Below are positions 41,457 to 52,096 of a stretch of 64,000 nt of DNA, in pieces. The position numbers and the translations under genes are program-made. The notes under the pieces were generated by a model. The model saw nothing but the letters and a program-made list of their open reading frames with translations, did no database searches and was not told the DNA's origin. The stretch is from an uncultured Methanosarcinaceae archaeon (GTDB lineage Archaea; Halobacteriota; Methanosarcinia; Methanosarcinales; Methanosarcinaceae): contig CAWJYV010000008.1 of the NCBI GenBank assembly GCA_963847185.1, forward strand, positions 576,001-640,000, given 5' to 3'. How positions within the stretch are numbered: the first letter of the stretch is position 1; each line of letters begins with the position of its first letter.

Positions 41457-42623
41457 TCACTTACTTGTCAGTTCATCTAGCAACTTTAAATACTTCATTT
41501 CCACTTTTTCCCAGGTATAATTCTTTGTAATATATTCCCTTCCATTATCCCCCAGTTTCTTCAAGATTATGGGATTTGAACACAAAAAATTAATACATTC
41601 TGCAAATTCATCGTAACTTCGATACCATAGGCCTGCATTACCTCTTATACAGTGGCCTTTTAAAACATCACAATCTCCATTTACAAGTACAGGAGTCCCA
41701 CATCCCATAGACTCAAGAGTAACTAAGGATAAACTTTCATAGGGAGAAGGCATAATCAAAAATTGCGCACCTTTAAGAAGAGAGTATTTTTCAGCCTCGG
41801 AAACAAAACCAAGATATTTTATTTTGTCATGTTTTGGAACGCCTATTGCATCATATCCTGCCAGAACCAGAGAGGGAATTTCTCTAGATTCCTTCAACAA
41901 TTTTTGGTAATACTCAAACAACTGGTAACATCCTTTGGAACCTTCAATCCTGCCGAGGTAAAGAATATAGTTCTGATCTTTCAGACTCTTATATTCCTGA
42001 ATAAGCTCAGGGATTTCAATGCCACATCCAACAATATCAAAGATTTTTTCTTCTTCTTTTAGGTCCGTTTTTGCTTTAATTAAATTTTTTTCTTCAGGAG
42101 TGCTGTATAGGATACCTTTGACATTTTGGAATATTTCTTTTGTAGTAGAGAGGTCAAGAGCAGGATCATCTTCTGCGAAAGGGGCAATTAGCGCTTTACT
42201 TCCTACTTCTTGGATTCCGTAATAGCTGGGGTAATATCTGAATGTGAAAAAGACAAAAGCATCATAATTCTCTTTGTTTTTGGAGATATATTCCACCAGC
42301 TCAGGACAATAAGGCCCTTGTTCGTCGATCCATAGAATTTCATCTTTCCTGCTATGAGTAGCAAAAAAAGCCTTTTCCTGAATCTTTATATGTTTATTGA
42401 GATCACGCTTTTTTGAATTTTCGAATCTTCTTACAAGAATGCCATTAATTGTTTCAGTTCCTTTTTTGTACTCATTTTTCCATGTATGATAATCTTTCGC
42501 ACAGGTGGAGAGAACCTCGATTTCATGAAATTTTATCATATGTTCAGCAATAAGTCTGGTAAGATATTCTGCACCCCCAATTATATCTTCGCCGTATCTC
42601 TGAACGACAAATGCGACCTTCAT
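41457..42623 (-). CDS. glycosyltransferase family 4
   Basis: GGAE, YLGRIEGSKG, PS.YESLSLVTLESM. Confidence 0.9.
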   Translation of the reverse strand: MKVAFVVQRYGEDIIGGAEYLTRLIAEHMIKFHEIEVLSTCAKDYHTWKNEYKKGTETINGILVRRFENSKKRDLNKHIKIQEKAFFATHSRKDEILWIDEQGPYCPELVEYISKNKENYDAFVFFTFRYYPSYYGIQEVGSKALIAPFAEDDPALDLSTTKEIFQNVKGILYSTPEEKNLIKAKTDLKEEEKIFDIVGCGIEIPELIQEYKSLKDQNYILYLGRIEGSKGCYQLFEYYQKLLKESREIPSLVLAGYDAIGVPKHDKIKYLGFVSEAEKYSLLKGAQFLIMPSPYESLSLVTLESMGCGTPVLVNGDCDVLKGHCIRGNAGLWYRSYDEFAECINFLCSNPIILKKLGDNGREYITKNYTWEKVEMKYLKLLDELTSK

Positions 42624-45034
42624 TAATTAACTTCCTCCTTTAATTTTTCAATAATTGATTGTGCTATTATTTCCCAGGAATATTTTTGTTCAACCAGATT
42701 TCTTGCATTCATTCTCAATTTTTGTTGCAATTCTTCGCTCTCAAGTAACCTGGAAATATTTAGGCGGAACTCTTCAGACGAACATATGAGAGCATGTGCC
42801 TCATTTTCGAGGTCTAAACCTCTTGCCCCTATATGGGTACTGATAACAGGGATTCCAGCACTCATATAGTCCAGCATTTTGAGGTTTGTACCTGATCCGC
42901 TGAACATAGGGTTGATAGCAACATCTGCCAGCATATAAATTTCATACTTTTCGTCCTCATCAACAGTTCCAAAAGCCAGAACATTTTTAGGAAGTTTCCC
43001 ATATTCATGTAAATAATAATCTTTGACGCTGCCAACTACTAAAAACTTATATTCCTTATGCTTTTGAGACAGCTCATCAGTTATAAATTTTAAAGCTTCA
43101 AGATTTGGAGGGTGCCAGCTCCCAATAAAAATAACAGTTATGGAATCTGAAAGGCCTGTAAGCTCCTTTTGCTTTTCTTTATCCTCCTTATTTATGAAGT
43201 GTATTCTGGAGGTATCAACTCCATTTGGAGTTACCAGGACTTTTTCAGGGTTTGCCCCATAAATTTCAACAAGATTTTCTTTGTCTTCCTTTGATGTGCA
43301 AAGTACTAGATCTGACCTTAAAGTTGCTTCTTTTTCAGCATTATATATTTTGGTTGTATACTTAGAATCTTTAAGATAATCTTTTTTAAGTAAATATTCA
43401 AGGTTATGAGCTTCGTAGATAACTGTTTTATTGTTACCTATATACCTGTTTAAAGGCCACAAATAAGGATGGGAAAAAACGACAATATCTGAATCTACTG
43501 CTAATTCTTTTACATTCTCTACATATTCTTTTGACAGATCAATGAAATCTATCATAGCTACGTCATAGAGGTTTACACCTATTTTTTTCTCAACCTCCCA
43601 CTGAAGCTTCGCATGTTCTATACTCTGGGGTATGCAGACCTGCTTTAAACCATTATCCAGAGTAAGATTCTGATATTGCTTATTGGCTTCAATTATCGAG
43701 CAAATTGTCACATCAAAATCTTTTGCTAGTAGAGAATAAATATTATACAGTCTGTGCTGTCCTCCCCCTCTTGGAGGATAACATGAATAAGTGGACAACA
43801 CTAAAATTTTCTTTTTAACATGAGTGGAAATGTCTTTTCTATCAGGAGCAGAAGCTTTCTTATTAGCTACAAGATGGGATGCAAAATTCTTCCATGTTAT
43901 ACCTTTTATGCTCTGATATGCAGTGTTTCCCATTTTTCTGGCAATATCCGGATTTTCAATAAGATAATTTATTTTTTCAGCAATTTTTTGAGGTTCAGGT
44001 TCAACAATATAACCTGTTTCCGAATCTTTAACGAATTCCAGAGAACCCCCACTATCTTTTGCAGTAATAATCGGTTTTTTGCTCATCATTCCTTCAATAG
44101 TAATTAAACCGTAATCCTCATCAAACGGAACAAAGAGGACTGCAAGGGAATCTGAATATAATTCTACAAGTTCATCCTCACCCACAAAACCAAGAAATTC
44201 AATTCTGTGATCATTTTCGGCCATTTTTTTTAGTTTTTCCTCTTCTGGACCTGTCCCTACAATTTTCAGTTTCACATTGTGCGGAACATAACTCATTGCC
44301 TTTACCAGAAGGTCAATACGTTTTGGCCCGTCAAGACGGCTTGCAGTAAAAAGATAACTATAGTTATTGCATTCAAAATTCTCTATTTTTGAAGGAGGAT
44401 AATTTACATCTACCTGTACATCAGGAAAGTAATCTGCTCTTTTTTTTACGTTATTCGACATAGCGAGGTATCTGTTGACTCTTTCAGGAGCAAGTGCATA
44501 TTCATCAAAAAAATGGATAATTTCCCTGATAAAAGGTCCTGGGAATTTGAAAGTTTCTTTGTTATATTTTTTTTGCTCTTTTTTCAACTCAAAAAGCTTT
44601 TCAAATACTTTATTGACAGTATTTTCGTTTTTCCTACCATTCTGAATGAGATTAATAATCTCCTCAACGAGTCCTGTTCTGAGTTTGGGTGCAACCGAAT
44701 AAGCCTCATTACAGAATTTATAAGTATCAAACAATCCTCGTAAATGGTGCACCATATAAACAGTATGGTTACTGTGCTTGAGCATCCAGGAAGGATACTT
44801 GGTAGAAATAACCATATCAAAATAAGAAAGATCAAGCTGATAGAACTTATAATAGGTATCAATGAGTTCCCAGAAACTATTTTCTTTAATTGGAATTTTT
44901 AACAATTCACATTGATGAGAAGTATATTTATTTATCGAATTTTGCATTCCAAGAAAAAGCATTTCTGCACCCCCAAGGGTAAAAGGTACAGGACTCGGTG
45001 CAACAATTGCGATTCTCATTATCTTCACCGTCAT
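42623..45034 (-). CDS. tandem two-domain GT4 glycosyltransferase
   Basis: Domain 1: GGAE, SRL..PKR, EDYGLITIE; domain 2: GGGQ.R, PNGVD, GSGTNLKMLDYM. Confidence 0.9.
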   Translation of the reverse strand: MTVKIMRIAIVAPSPVPFTLGGAEMLFLGMQNSINKYTSHQCELLKIPIKENSFWELIDTYYKFYQLDLSYFDMVISTKYPSWMLKHSNHTVYMVHHLRGLFDTYKFCNEAYSVAPKLRTGLVEEIINLIQNGRKNENTVNKVFEKLFELKKEQKKYNKETFKFPGPFIREIIHFFDEYALAPERVNRYLAMSNNVKKRADYFPDVQVDVNYPPSKIENFECNNYSYLFTASRLDGPKRIDLLVKAMSYVPHNVKLKIVGTGPEEEKLKKMAENDHRIEFLGFVGEDELVELYSDSLAVLFVPFDEDYGLITIEGMMSKKPIITAKDSGGSLEFVKDSETGYIVEPEPQKIAEKINYLIENPDIARKMGNTAYQSIKGITWKNFASHLVANKKASAPDRKDISTHVKKKILVLSTYSCYPPRGGGQHRLYNIYSLLAKDFDVTICSIIEANKQYQNLTLDNGLKQVCIPQSIEHAKLQWEVEKKIGVNLYDVAMIDFIDLSKEYVENVKELAVDSDIVVFSHPYLWPLNRYIGNNKTVIYEAHNLEYLLKKDYLKDSKYTTKIYNAEKEATLRSDLVLCTSKEDKENLVEIYGANPEKVLVTPNGVDTSRIHFINKEDKEKQKELTGLSDSITVIFIGSWHPPNLEALKFITDELSQKHKEYKFLVVGSVKDYYLHEYGKLPKNVLAFGTVDEDEKYEIYMLADVAINPMFSGSGTNLKMLDYMSAGIPVISTHIGARGLDLENEAHALICSSEEFRLNISRLLESEELQQKLRMNARNLVEQKYSWEIIAQSIIEKLKEEVN

Positions 45035-46398
45035 TTTTTACCGATTACTGCATAATCCTGTGCTCCGTACAGGATATCATTCAGTTTCTCGATATTATGA
45101 TTATAAGTCTCAAGATATTTTTTTGTCCATTCTTCCATTCTATCATTCAGCGGAGCTTTTTCCAGTCTTGCTTCCTCTGATACGGGAGAGAAAAACTTAG
45201 TATCTAAGTCCCTAAATCCGGCTGAACTTAGCAGGAACTTAAGGGTTTCCGGATGTATCGGCTTTTTATGAGTCATATCTATGTAAAAATTAGCAAAAGA
45301 TACTAGGGAAAGTGGATTTACAGTTTCTATAAAAATATAGTATCCATACTTGAGTTTCTGAAAACATAGCTGAAGCAGATTTATCAAGTAGTTAGGTTCA
45401 AGATGTTCAACTACCTGGTCGATGAAAATTCCATCGAGACTTTTATCATCAAGCTTTTCGAGATACGAAATAGCTTCATCTTTCACTACATTTAATCCCC
45501 TTGAAAGGCAGTAATCCACCATTGTATCGTCGAGGTCAATACCTTTTGCACCAATACCGAGATCTTTTAATAATTCAAGAAATTCGCCTCTCCCACATCC
45601 GATATCCAGAACATTTGAACAGCCAGTGAAATAAGTTATAAAATTAGACTGACGTTGTTTTATGTCTTCCCTTGAACCCCTGAACTGTTCTTCAAATCTA
45701 AAGTAATTAATATCTAAATTCCCCTTATCAGAAGTTCCTGCTTCTGATTTTTTGGACCCTTCTTTTGCTTTACTTTCAAGTATACTGGCCAACCAGGCTT
45801 TATTTTCAATATCTAATTTCATTGAGGTAATTATAGAGTTAATCTCTGACCTTATGCTGTCATTTATTTCAGACTTGAGGTTCTCTATTTCTTTTTCGAA
45901 TTCAGGTCTCAACTGCTCGATCTTATCCTCAAATTCAGGCCTTAACTTCTCGATTTTAGAATCTATTTCGGATCTCAACTGCTCGGTCTCATTATTATAA
46001 TGGTTGAACTTAGCAGCAGTATCATTAAGAAGGCGGACCGTACTCCCATTAAACACAGTTTGCTTTCCGATAATAGGATCCACATACCGTTTTATTTCTC
46101 CATTCACCAGCTCTCTGCTTTTAACCAGGACTTTTCCGACGACAGGACGATGAGAGCTTATGTAATAACTGTTATTCCCAAGGTCCCAGTTTGAGTTAAT
46201 ATATTCAAAGTCTCTCTCGATATTACTATCACCAATGTGTAGCTCGGAAAGACCCCTTTGAATTACTTCGCCTTTTCTCCCTGGAAAAACTGTTGATTCT
46301 TTTCGCTTACGGATGTTCTCCCTTATTACTCTCATTATTTCTTCAACGCTGATTTCGTTTTCACTGGTTCCTTCTTTGTTGATTTCGAATATATCCAT
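45031..46398 (-). CDS. coiled-coil plus class I SAM methyltransferase (putative glycan chain terminator)
   Basis: FEEQFRGS, VLDIGCGRGEF, QVVEHL, ETVNP; N-terminal coiled coil with 11-aa repeats. Confidence 0.85.
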   Translation of the reverse strand: MDIFEINKEGTSENEISVEEIMRVIRENIRKRKESTVFPGRKGEVIQRGLSELHIGDSNIERDFEYINSNWDLGNNSYYISSHRPVVGKVLVKSRELVNGEIKRYVDPIIGKQTVFNGSTVRLLNDTAAKFNHYNNETEQLRSEIDSKIEKLRPEFEDKIEQLRPEFEKEIENLKSEINDSIRSEINSIITSMKLDIENKAWLASILESKAKEGSKKSEAGTSDKGNLDINYFRFEEQFRGSREDIKQRQSNFITYFTGCSNVLDIGCGRGEFLELLKDLGIGAKGIDLDDTMVDYCLSRGLNVVKDEAISYLEKLDDKSLDGIFIDQVVEHLEPNYLINLLQLCFQKLKYGYYIFIETVNPLSLVSFANFYIDMTHKKPIHPETLKFLLSSAGFRDLDTKFFSPVSEEARLEKAPLNDRMEEWTKKYLETYNHNIEKLNDILYGAQDYAVIGKK

Positions 46399-46417
46399 AA
46401 AATATCACATCCCAAAC

Positions 46418-47638
46418 TCAGATCTTCCAGTTGCAAGGTACATCAAAAAGTCCAATATCTCTACACGTTGGAATTACATCAAAAGAATATTGTTTATCGT
46501 GCCAATCATACGGTTTTTGATCGTGAGTATGCACAGCTACTGTCAGTAGAAATCTTCCTGTAATCATAGGAATTCTTTCTATTATCAGGTCAACATGCCC
46601 TTTGCCTTCAAGAATATCAATTTCGATATTTTTTATTTCCGTATTTGTTCCAAAAAGATTTTCTCCGTTTTCGGAGTATAGAGCAATGCCGAATATTGGG
46701 TCAGAAACTTTATTATGTGCATTGTAAAAGATTCTGATTGTCATAGGATCAAAGGAGTTGAATCTGGAACCTTTGTTGCCAAACTTATCATAGAACTCTA
46801 CATTTGTGACCTCAATGGTCTTATCTCCCCACCGAGAAGTTTTATCCTCAGATTTTACTTCCGGTTCGTGAACTTCTGACTCGCTCTGACTTCCTGATAC
46901 AGGCGCTTCTTCTCCGCCACCATACACATAACGGTCAATTACATCTCCTGTATCTCCTATGACTATCTGCTCCCCTTTATTCAAAAGTAAAGTCCTATCA
47001 CAAAATCTTCTCACTGCCCCAAGATCATGTGAAACAAAAACAATAGTAACTCCATCTTTTCGATACTGGCTAAGGACATCCAGACATTTCTGCTGAAACT
47101 CCATGTCTCCAACTGCCAAAACTTCATCCATCAAAAGAATTTCCGGATCTGTTTGAATTGCTGTTGAAAAAGCAAGTCTTACCTGCATACCCGAGGAAAA
47201 GTTTTTGAGTTTAGCGTCCCTGAAGTTCTCAAGTCCTGCGAACTCAAGGATATCGTCCAGCTTATCATTAATTTCTCTTTTTTGCATCCCCATGATAGTT
47301 GCATAAATTTTTATATTCTCTGCAGCCGTGAGGTCAGACTGAAAGCCAACTCCAAGTTCGAGGAAGGGAGTGAGTTTCTTTAGAGAAGTGACTTTACCTG
47401 ATGAGGGACGCATGATATTTGCAATAATTTTCAATAAAGTACTCTTCCCACTTCCGTTCTCCCCAATAATTCCAAGAGCTTCACCTTCTTCAACTGTAAA
47501 ATTGATATCGTTGAGTGCTTGGAAAGTTTCATAGGTCGGAGGTTTAAAGGCTCCGGTCAAAGTCTCAAATAGAGTTGTTCTTTTTTCATGGGGTATGCGA
47601 AATGTTTTGTGCAGGTGCTTAACCTCAATTGCAACCAT
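46418..47638 (-). CDS. wzt: polysaccharide ABC transporter ATPase with C-terminal carbohydrate-binding domain
   Basis: GENGSGKS, FSSGM.VRLAF, DEVLAVGD, SHD; about 150-aa beta-rich C-terminal extension. Confidence 0.9.
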   Translation of the reverse strand: MVAIEVKHLHKTFRIPHEKRTTLFETLTGAFKPPTYETFQALNDINFTVEEGEALGIIGENGSGKSTLLKIIANIMRPSSGKVTSLKKLTPFLELGVGFQSDLTAAENIKIYATIMGMQKREINDKLDDILEFAGLENFRDAKLKNFSSGMQVRLAFSTAIQTDPEILLMDEVLAVGDMEFQQKCLDVLSQYRKDGVTIVFVSHDLGAVRRFCDRTLLLNKGEQIVIGDTGDVIDRYVYGGGEEAPVSGSQSESEVHEPEVKSEDKTSRWGDKTIEVTNVEFYDKFGNKGSRFNSFDPMTIRIFYNAHNKVSDPIFGIALYSENGENLFGTNTEIKNIEIDILEGKGHVDLIIERIPMITGRFLLTVAVHTHDQKPYDWHDKQYSFDVIPTCRDIGLFDVPCNWKI

Positions 47639-48417
47639 CAGATTTCCTCCGCAAAACGTGGTTCTAATTTGGAAAAGATAATGTATCCTACAAGGAGGAA
47701 GACTATTGATGAAAAAAACATGAATAAAAGGTCTTCTGTTTTAGCTGGAGAAGAGTAAATAATAGTATCCCTTGCAGAAATAAGAATCCGTGCGATTGGA
47801 TTCAATAGGACAAATTTCTGTAGATTTTGAGGAAATATGTCGAGGGTATAAAGTATAGGGGTTAAAAAATATCCAGCCTGCAAAAAGACCTGCCAGATAA
47901 ACTGCACGTCTCTGTAAAATACGTTCAAGGAGGAAAGCGCCAGAGAGACACCAAGCGAGAGAATAAACAGGAACAATAGGATAAGCGGTACATAGACCAG
48001 GTTGATTGAAATTGGTACCCTGAAAAATGCCATAAACATTATGAATATCAGAGACTCGAAAATGCTCATGAGCAAAGCTGTAATGCATGAGGAAATAACA
48101 AAGATATCTCTGGGGAAGTAAATTTTCTTAACCATACTTGGTTTTCCCACTATGGAAAACATTCCGATTGTAGTTGCTCTGCTAAAAAAACTCCACAAAA
48201 TGATTCCAAGAAGCAAAAACAGCTGGTAGTATTCTACCTGGACCCTCATCAAGTTAGAAAAAACAACATATAGAACCAGGAGCATAAGCATGGGTTCTAG
48301 AAGAGACCAGAAATAGCCCAGTATAGAGTTTTTATATCTTAATTTAAATTCGCTCCATGCCAGTTGCCAGATAAGATTCCTATAGCCATAGAGCTCTTTT
48401 AAGTGTTTAAAGGTCAT
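47638..48417 (-). CDS. wzm: polysaccharide ABC transporter permease
   Basis: [30 protein letters not shown]. Confidence 0.9.
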   Translation of the reverse strand: MTFKHLKELYGYRNLIWQLAWSEFKLRYKNSILGYFWSLLEPMLMLLVLYVVFSNLMRVQVEYYQLFLLLGIILWSFFSRATTIGMFSIVGKPSMVKKIYFPRDIFVISSCITALLMSIFESLIFIMFMAFFRVPISINLVYVPLILLFLFILSLGVSLALSSLNVFYRDVQFIWQVFLQAGYFLTPILYTLDIFPQNLQKFVLLNPIARILISARDTIIYSSPAKTEDLLFMFFSSIVFLLVGYIIFSKLEPRFAEEI

Positions 48418-49490
48418 TTACTTACCACATTTTTTATCTTTTCATTGAAAATCGAAAGATCAAAGCGCTTTGCCTGCTCAAAACAAGATTCCCTGTAACT
48501 TTCAGGTTCAAGAGATATTAATTTAACAGCTTCCATAATACTGTAATTATCTGCTTTTATAAGGAGGCCCGTCTTTTCAGTTACTGTCTCTTTAAACCCA
48601 CCTTCGTTCACTGCGACAACAGGCTTTCCACTTGCCATTGCTTCCACAGGAGTTAGCCCAAAATCTTCGTCAAGTGCTGTGCAGATAAGACCCCTGCACC
48701 TGGCATAAAGATCAATTAATTCCTGTTCAGAAACCTCTCCAAGTATCTTCACGTTGGAGGGTAGTTTATTATTTATATTTTTTGCATATTTTTCAGCATG
48801 ATCACCTTTTGCATAGCCACCTACAATAATTAGTTTTTCATCAGGCATTTTTCTGAAAGCTTCTATTTGTAATTCAATTCTTTTTTCAGGATAAAGCCTG
48901 TTTACCGAGAGCCAGAAATCCCCGTATTCCTTAAACCTGAACTTTGAAATATCAACCGGAGGATAAATTATGTCAGAAGTCCTTTTATGATATTTCTCAA
49001 TTCTGTTCTGAGAGTTTTTCGAAATAGTAACAATTTGATCAATATAATTTACTGATTTTTGATCCAGCAATCTGTGGCCGTGTACCCAGGCACGAAAAGC
49101 CTGCCGGGTAATAAGATCCTGCCTCTGTAAGAAAGTATCGTAGAGATCATAAAAAGCCCTTACAGGTGTGTAGCAGTACCACATATTAGGATGATGTTTA
49201 TAGGCTGCATAATGGCTCCAGTTTCCTGTGAAGATGAAAAAGTCATAATCATTTGAAAAATTGCAGGAATAAAATTTTCCTGTAGCAGAAATCTGTTTTA
49301 GCGGGGGGACCTTCTTTGTGTGCCCGAGAGATATCACGTTTACTTTATCATTCAGTTTGTCAACTGCGTCCAGATCCGTAGTGATAATATCAGCGTTTAG
49401 TAACTTCGCTAGAGTGAGGACGACTCTCTCTCCGCCGCCAATAGCTCCAAAGTAATCATGAAAGATAGCTGTTTTCATGTTTGTTCTCAT
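48414..49490 (-). CDS. glycosyltransferase family 4 (mannosyltransferase-like)
   Basis: HDY...[33 protein letters not shown]. Confidence 0.9.
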   Translation of the reverse strand: MRTNMKTAIFHDYFGAIGGGERVVLTLAKLLNADIITTDLDAVDKLNDKVNVISLGHTKKVPPLKQISATGKFYSCNFSNDYDFFIFTGNWSHYAAYKHHPNMWYCYTPVRAFYDLYDTFLQRQDLITRQAFRAWVHGHRLLDQKSVNYIDQIVTISKNSQNRIEKYHKRTSDIIYPPVDISKFRFKEYGDFWLSVNRLYPEKRIELQIEAFRKMPDEKLIIVGGYAKGDHAEKYAKNINNKLPSNVKILGEVSEQELIDLYARCRGLICTALDEDFGLTPVEAMASGKPVVAVNEGGFKETVTEKTGLLIKADNYSIMEAVKLISLEPESYRESCFEQAKRFDLSIFNEKIKNVVSK

Positions 49491-49933
49491 TTTTTAAATT
49501 ATTTCACTTTAAATTTAAATTGGGATTTATATGTGTTTCGAAGCGATTTTTAATTTGAACAGAAACTCAGATATTTATGCTAAATTTACTGTTAAATTTA
49601 CTGCTAATATGTTTTATTGATTCAAATAAAAACCCGGCTATCTGCCTGCTTAATGGAGTTAAGTTTAATATCCAGATTTCAGTAAGCAAATTTTTTCGCT
49701 TATGAGGTCACCCGGTCTCATCCCCATTAAGGCACTTAACAAGAAAAATCCTGAGACAACCATTCTGATCTTACAGAGTAATAATAACTTAACATAAAAT
49801 TAACAAAAATTTGGCATATCAATTAGTTTATATAGATTAAGAAGATATGCTTTTTGCAAAGGGAGCTACGTTTTTAAGATAAATAAAGTCCTATCTCCTG
49901 CAACATAAGAATTGGGAGCAATAAGGTGATTCC

Positions 49934-50956
49934 TTGACAAAGGTCGCACTGATCACAGGCATAACAGGCCAGGACGGCACATATATTTCAAAACTTTTAT
50001 TAGATAAGGGGTATGTAGTCCATGGAATAAAAAGAGAATCTTCTACCAGAATAGAAGATAAGGAGAAAGAACAGAAAAATCCGAATCTTCATATTCACTT
50101 CTGTGATATGGCCGATTATTCAAAGCTCATCAGAATTATTCAAGAAGTCTGTCCGGACGAAATCTATAATCTGGCAGCCCAAAGCAATGTACAGGTTTCT
50201 TTTGACAGACCGGAATACACAGCAGAAATTAACGCCTTTGGTACTCTCCGTCTTCTTGAAGCTATACGCACCCTTGGTCTTGAAAAGAAAACGAGGTTTT
50301 TTCAGGCTTCTACCGGAGACTTATTTGGGAACTCACCTGAAATTCCGCAAAATGAAAATACTCCCTTTAACCCTTTAAATCCTTATGCGGTGTCCAAACT
50401 ATATGCTTACTGTATTGCAAAAAACTACCGTGAAGCTTATAAAATGTTTATCTGCAATGGTATCCTGTTTAATCATGAATCTCCAATAAGACCAGATAGT
50501 TTCGTTACGAGAAAAATTACCAGATCTGCAGTCAGAATAAAAAAAGGGCTCCAGGAGAAACTCTACCTTGGGAATCTGAATGCAAAAAGAGATTGGGGAT
50601 TTGCAGGAGATTATGTTGAAGCCATGTGGCTTATGTTACAACAGGATAAACCGGATGACTATGTAATTGCAACAGGTGAAACACATTCAGTACAGGAAAT
50701 GGTGGAGTTTGCATTCAAAGAAGTCGGGATCGAGATAGAATGGGAAGGAGAAGGGATTGAGAAAAAAGGGAGAAATGCTGCAACAGGTAAGATCCTGATT
50801 GAGGTGGACCCTCAGTTTTACAGGCCTCTTGAGTCAAATTTATTGGTAGGAGATCCTTCAAAAGCCAGGAAAAAACTCGGATGGGTACCCAGGGTAAATT
50901 TTGAAGAACTTGTCAAATTGATGGTCAAAAATGATCTGGAATTAGTGAAATGTTAA
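49934..50956 (+). CDS. gmd: GDP-mannose 4,6-dehydratase paralogue with altered active site
   Basis: TGITGQDG, YxxxK, NHES, RDWG; but ASTGD instead of ASTSE and KRESS instead of RRSS. Confidence 0.8.
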   Translation: MTKVALITGITGQDGTYISKLLLDKGYVVHGIKRESSTRIEDKEKEQKNPNLHIHFCDMADYSKLIRIIQEVCPDEIYNLAAQSNVQVSFDRPEYTAEINAFGTLRLLEAIRTLGLEKKTRFFQASTGDLFGNSPEIPQNENTPFNPLNPYAVSKLYAYCIAKNYREAYKMFICNGILFNHESPIRPDSFVTRKITRSAVRIKKGLQEKLYLGNLNAKRDWGFAGDYVEAMWLMLQQDKPDDYVIATGETHSVQEMVEFAFKEVGIEIEWEGEGIEKKGRNAATGKILIEVDPQFYRPLESNLLVGDPSKARKKLGWVPRVNFEELVKLMVKNDLELVKC

Positions 50957-50986
50957 AAAATTTATTTGCTTAATTGTGTGGTAAAA

Positions 50987-52015
50987 ATGTCTAAAGTCGC
51001 ATTACTTACAGGTGTAACCGGTCAGGATGGAGCATACCTTGCCGAATTCTTACTAAACAAAGGGTATACTGTGCACGGGATGCACAGAAGATCGTCTCTG
51101 AGCAACACAGGACGAATAGATTGTCTCCTGAAAGACCCTCATCAAAAAGATTGTAAATTTTTTTTGCATTACGGAGACCTGACAGATTCAGCAAATGTTA
51201 TCAGACTTATCAAGAATATAGAGCCTGATGAAATTTACAACCTTGGAGCTCAGAGCCATGTCCAGGTTTCTTTTGAGACTCCGGAGTACACTGCAAACTC
51301 GGACGGGATTGGAGCCCTTCGTATTCTGGAAGCAATAAGAATTCTTGAACTTGAGGACAAATCGAAGTTTTATCAGGCATCAACCAGTGAATTATTCGGG
51401 AAAGTACGTGAAGTCCCCCAAAAAGAAACTACTCCTTTCTACCCCCGGAGTCCCTATTCAGTAGCTAAACTGTATGCTTACTGGATTGCGATAAACTATC
51501 GTGAAGCCTATAATATGTTTACCTGCAACGGTATCCTGTTTAATCATGAGTCTCCTTTGAGAGGAGAAACTTTCGTTACCAGAAAGATTACAATAGCCGC
51601 ATCAAAGATAAAGAAAGGGCTTCAGGAGAAACTGTACCTTGGGAATCTCAATGCTCAGCGCGACTGGGGATTTGCAGGAGATTATGTAGAAGCCATGTGG
51701 CTTATGTTACAACAGGATAGGCCCGATGATTATGTCGTAGCTACAGGGGAAACTCATTCAGTTAGAGAATTTACCGAACTGGCTTTTAAAGAAGCAGGTA
51801 TTGACCTCGAATGGGAAGGCGAAGGAGTTAACGAGATTGGAAAGGATATAAACAGCGGAAAAGTACTCGTCGAGGTTGATCCGATGTTTTACAGACCTAC
51901 AGAAGTAGATCTGTTGATAGGAGACTCTTCAAAGGCCAGGGAAAAACTTGGATGGAAGCCAAAGGTAAGTTTTGAAGAACTGATCAGAATGATGGTAAAA
52001 AGTGATATGAAATAA
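50987..52015 (+). CDS. gmd: GDP-mannose 4,6-dehydratase (canonical)
   Basis: [43 protein letters not shown]. Confidence 0.93.
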   Translation: MSKVALLTGVTGQDGAYLAEFLLNKGYTVHGMHRRSSLSNTGRIDCLLKDPHQKDCKFFLHYGDLTDSANVIRLIKNIEPDEIYNLGAQSHVQVSFETPEYTANSDGIGALRILEAIRILELEDKSKFYQASTSELFGKVREVPQKETTPFYPRSPYSVAKLYAYWIAINYREAYNMFTCNGILFNHESPLRGETFVTRKITIAASKIKKGLQEKLYLGNLNAQRDWGFAGDYVEAMWLMLQQDRPDDYVVATGETHSVREFTELAFKEAGIDLEWEGEGVNEIGKDINSGKVLVEVDPMFYRPTEVDLLIGDSSKAREKLGWKPKVSFEELIRMMVKSDMK

Positions 52016-52096
52016 ATCCGGTGGAAGGGGGTAGAGATATTTTTGTGAAAAATTTTTTAAATTGGAAATAAAATATAGAAACATTTAGAAATAAAT

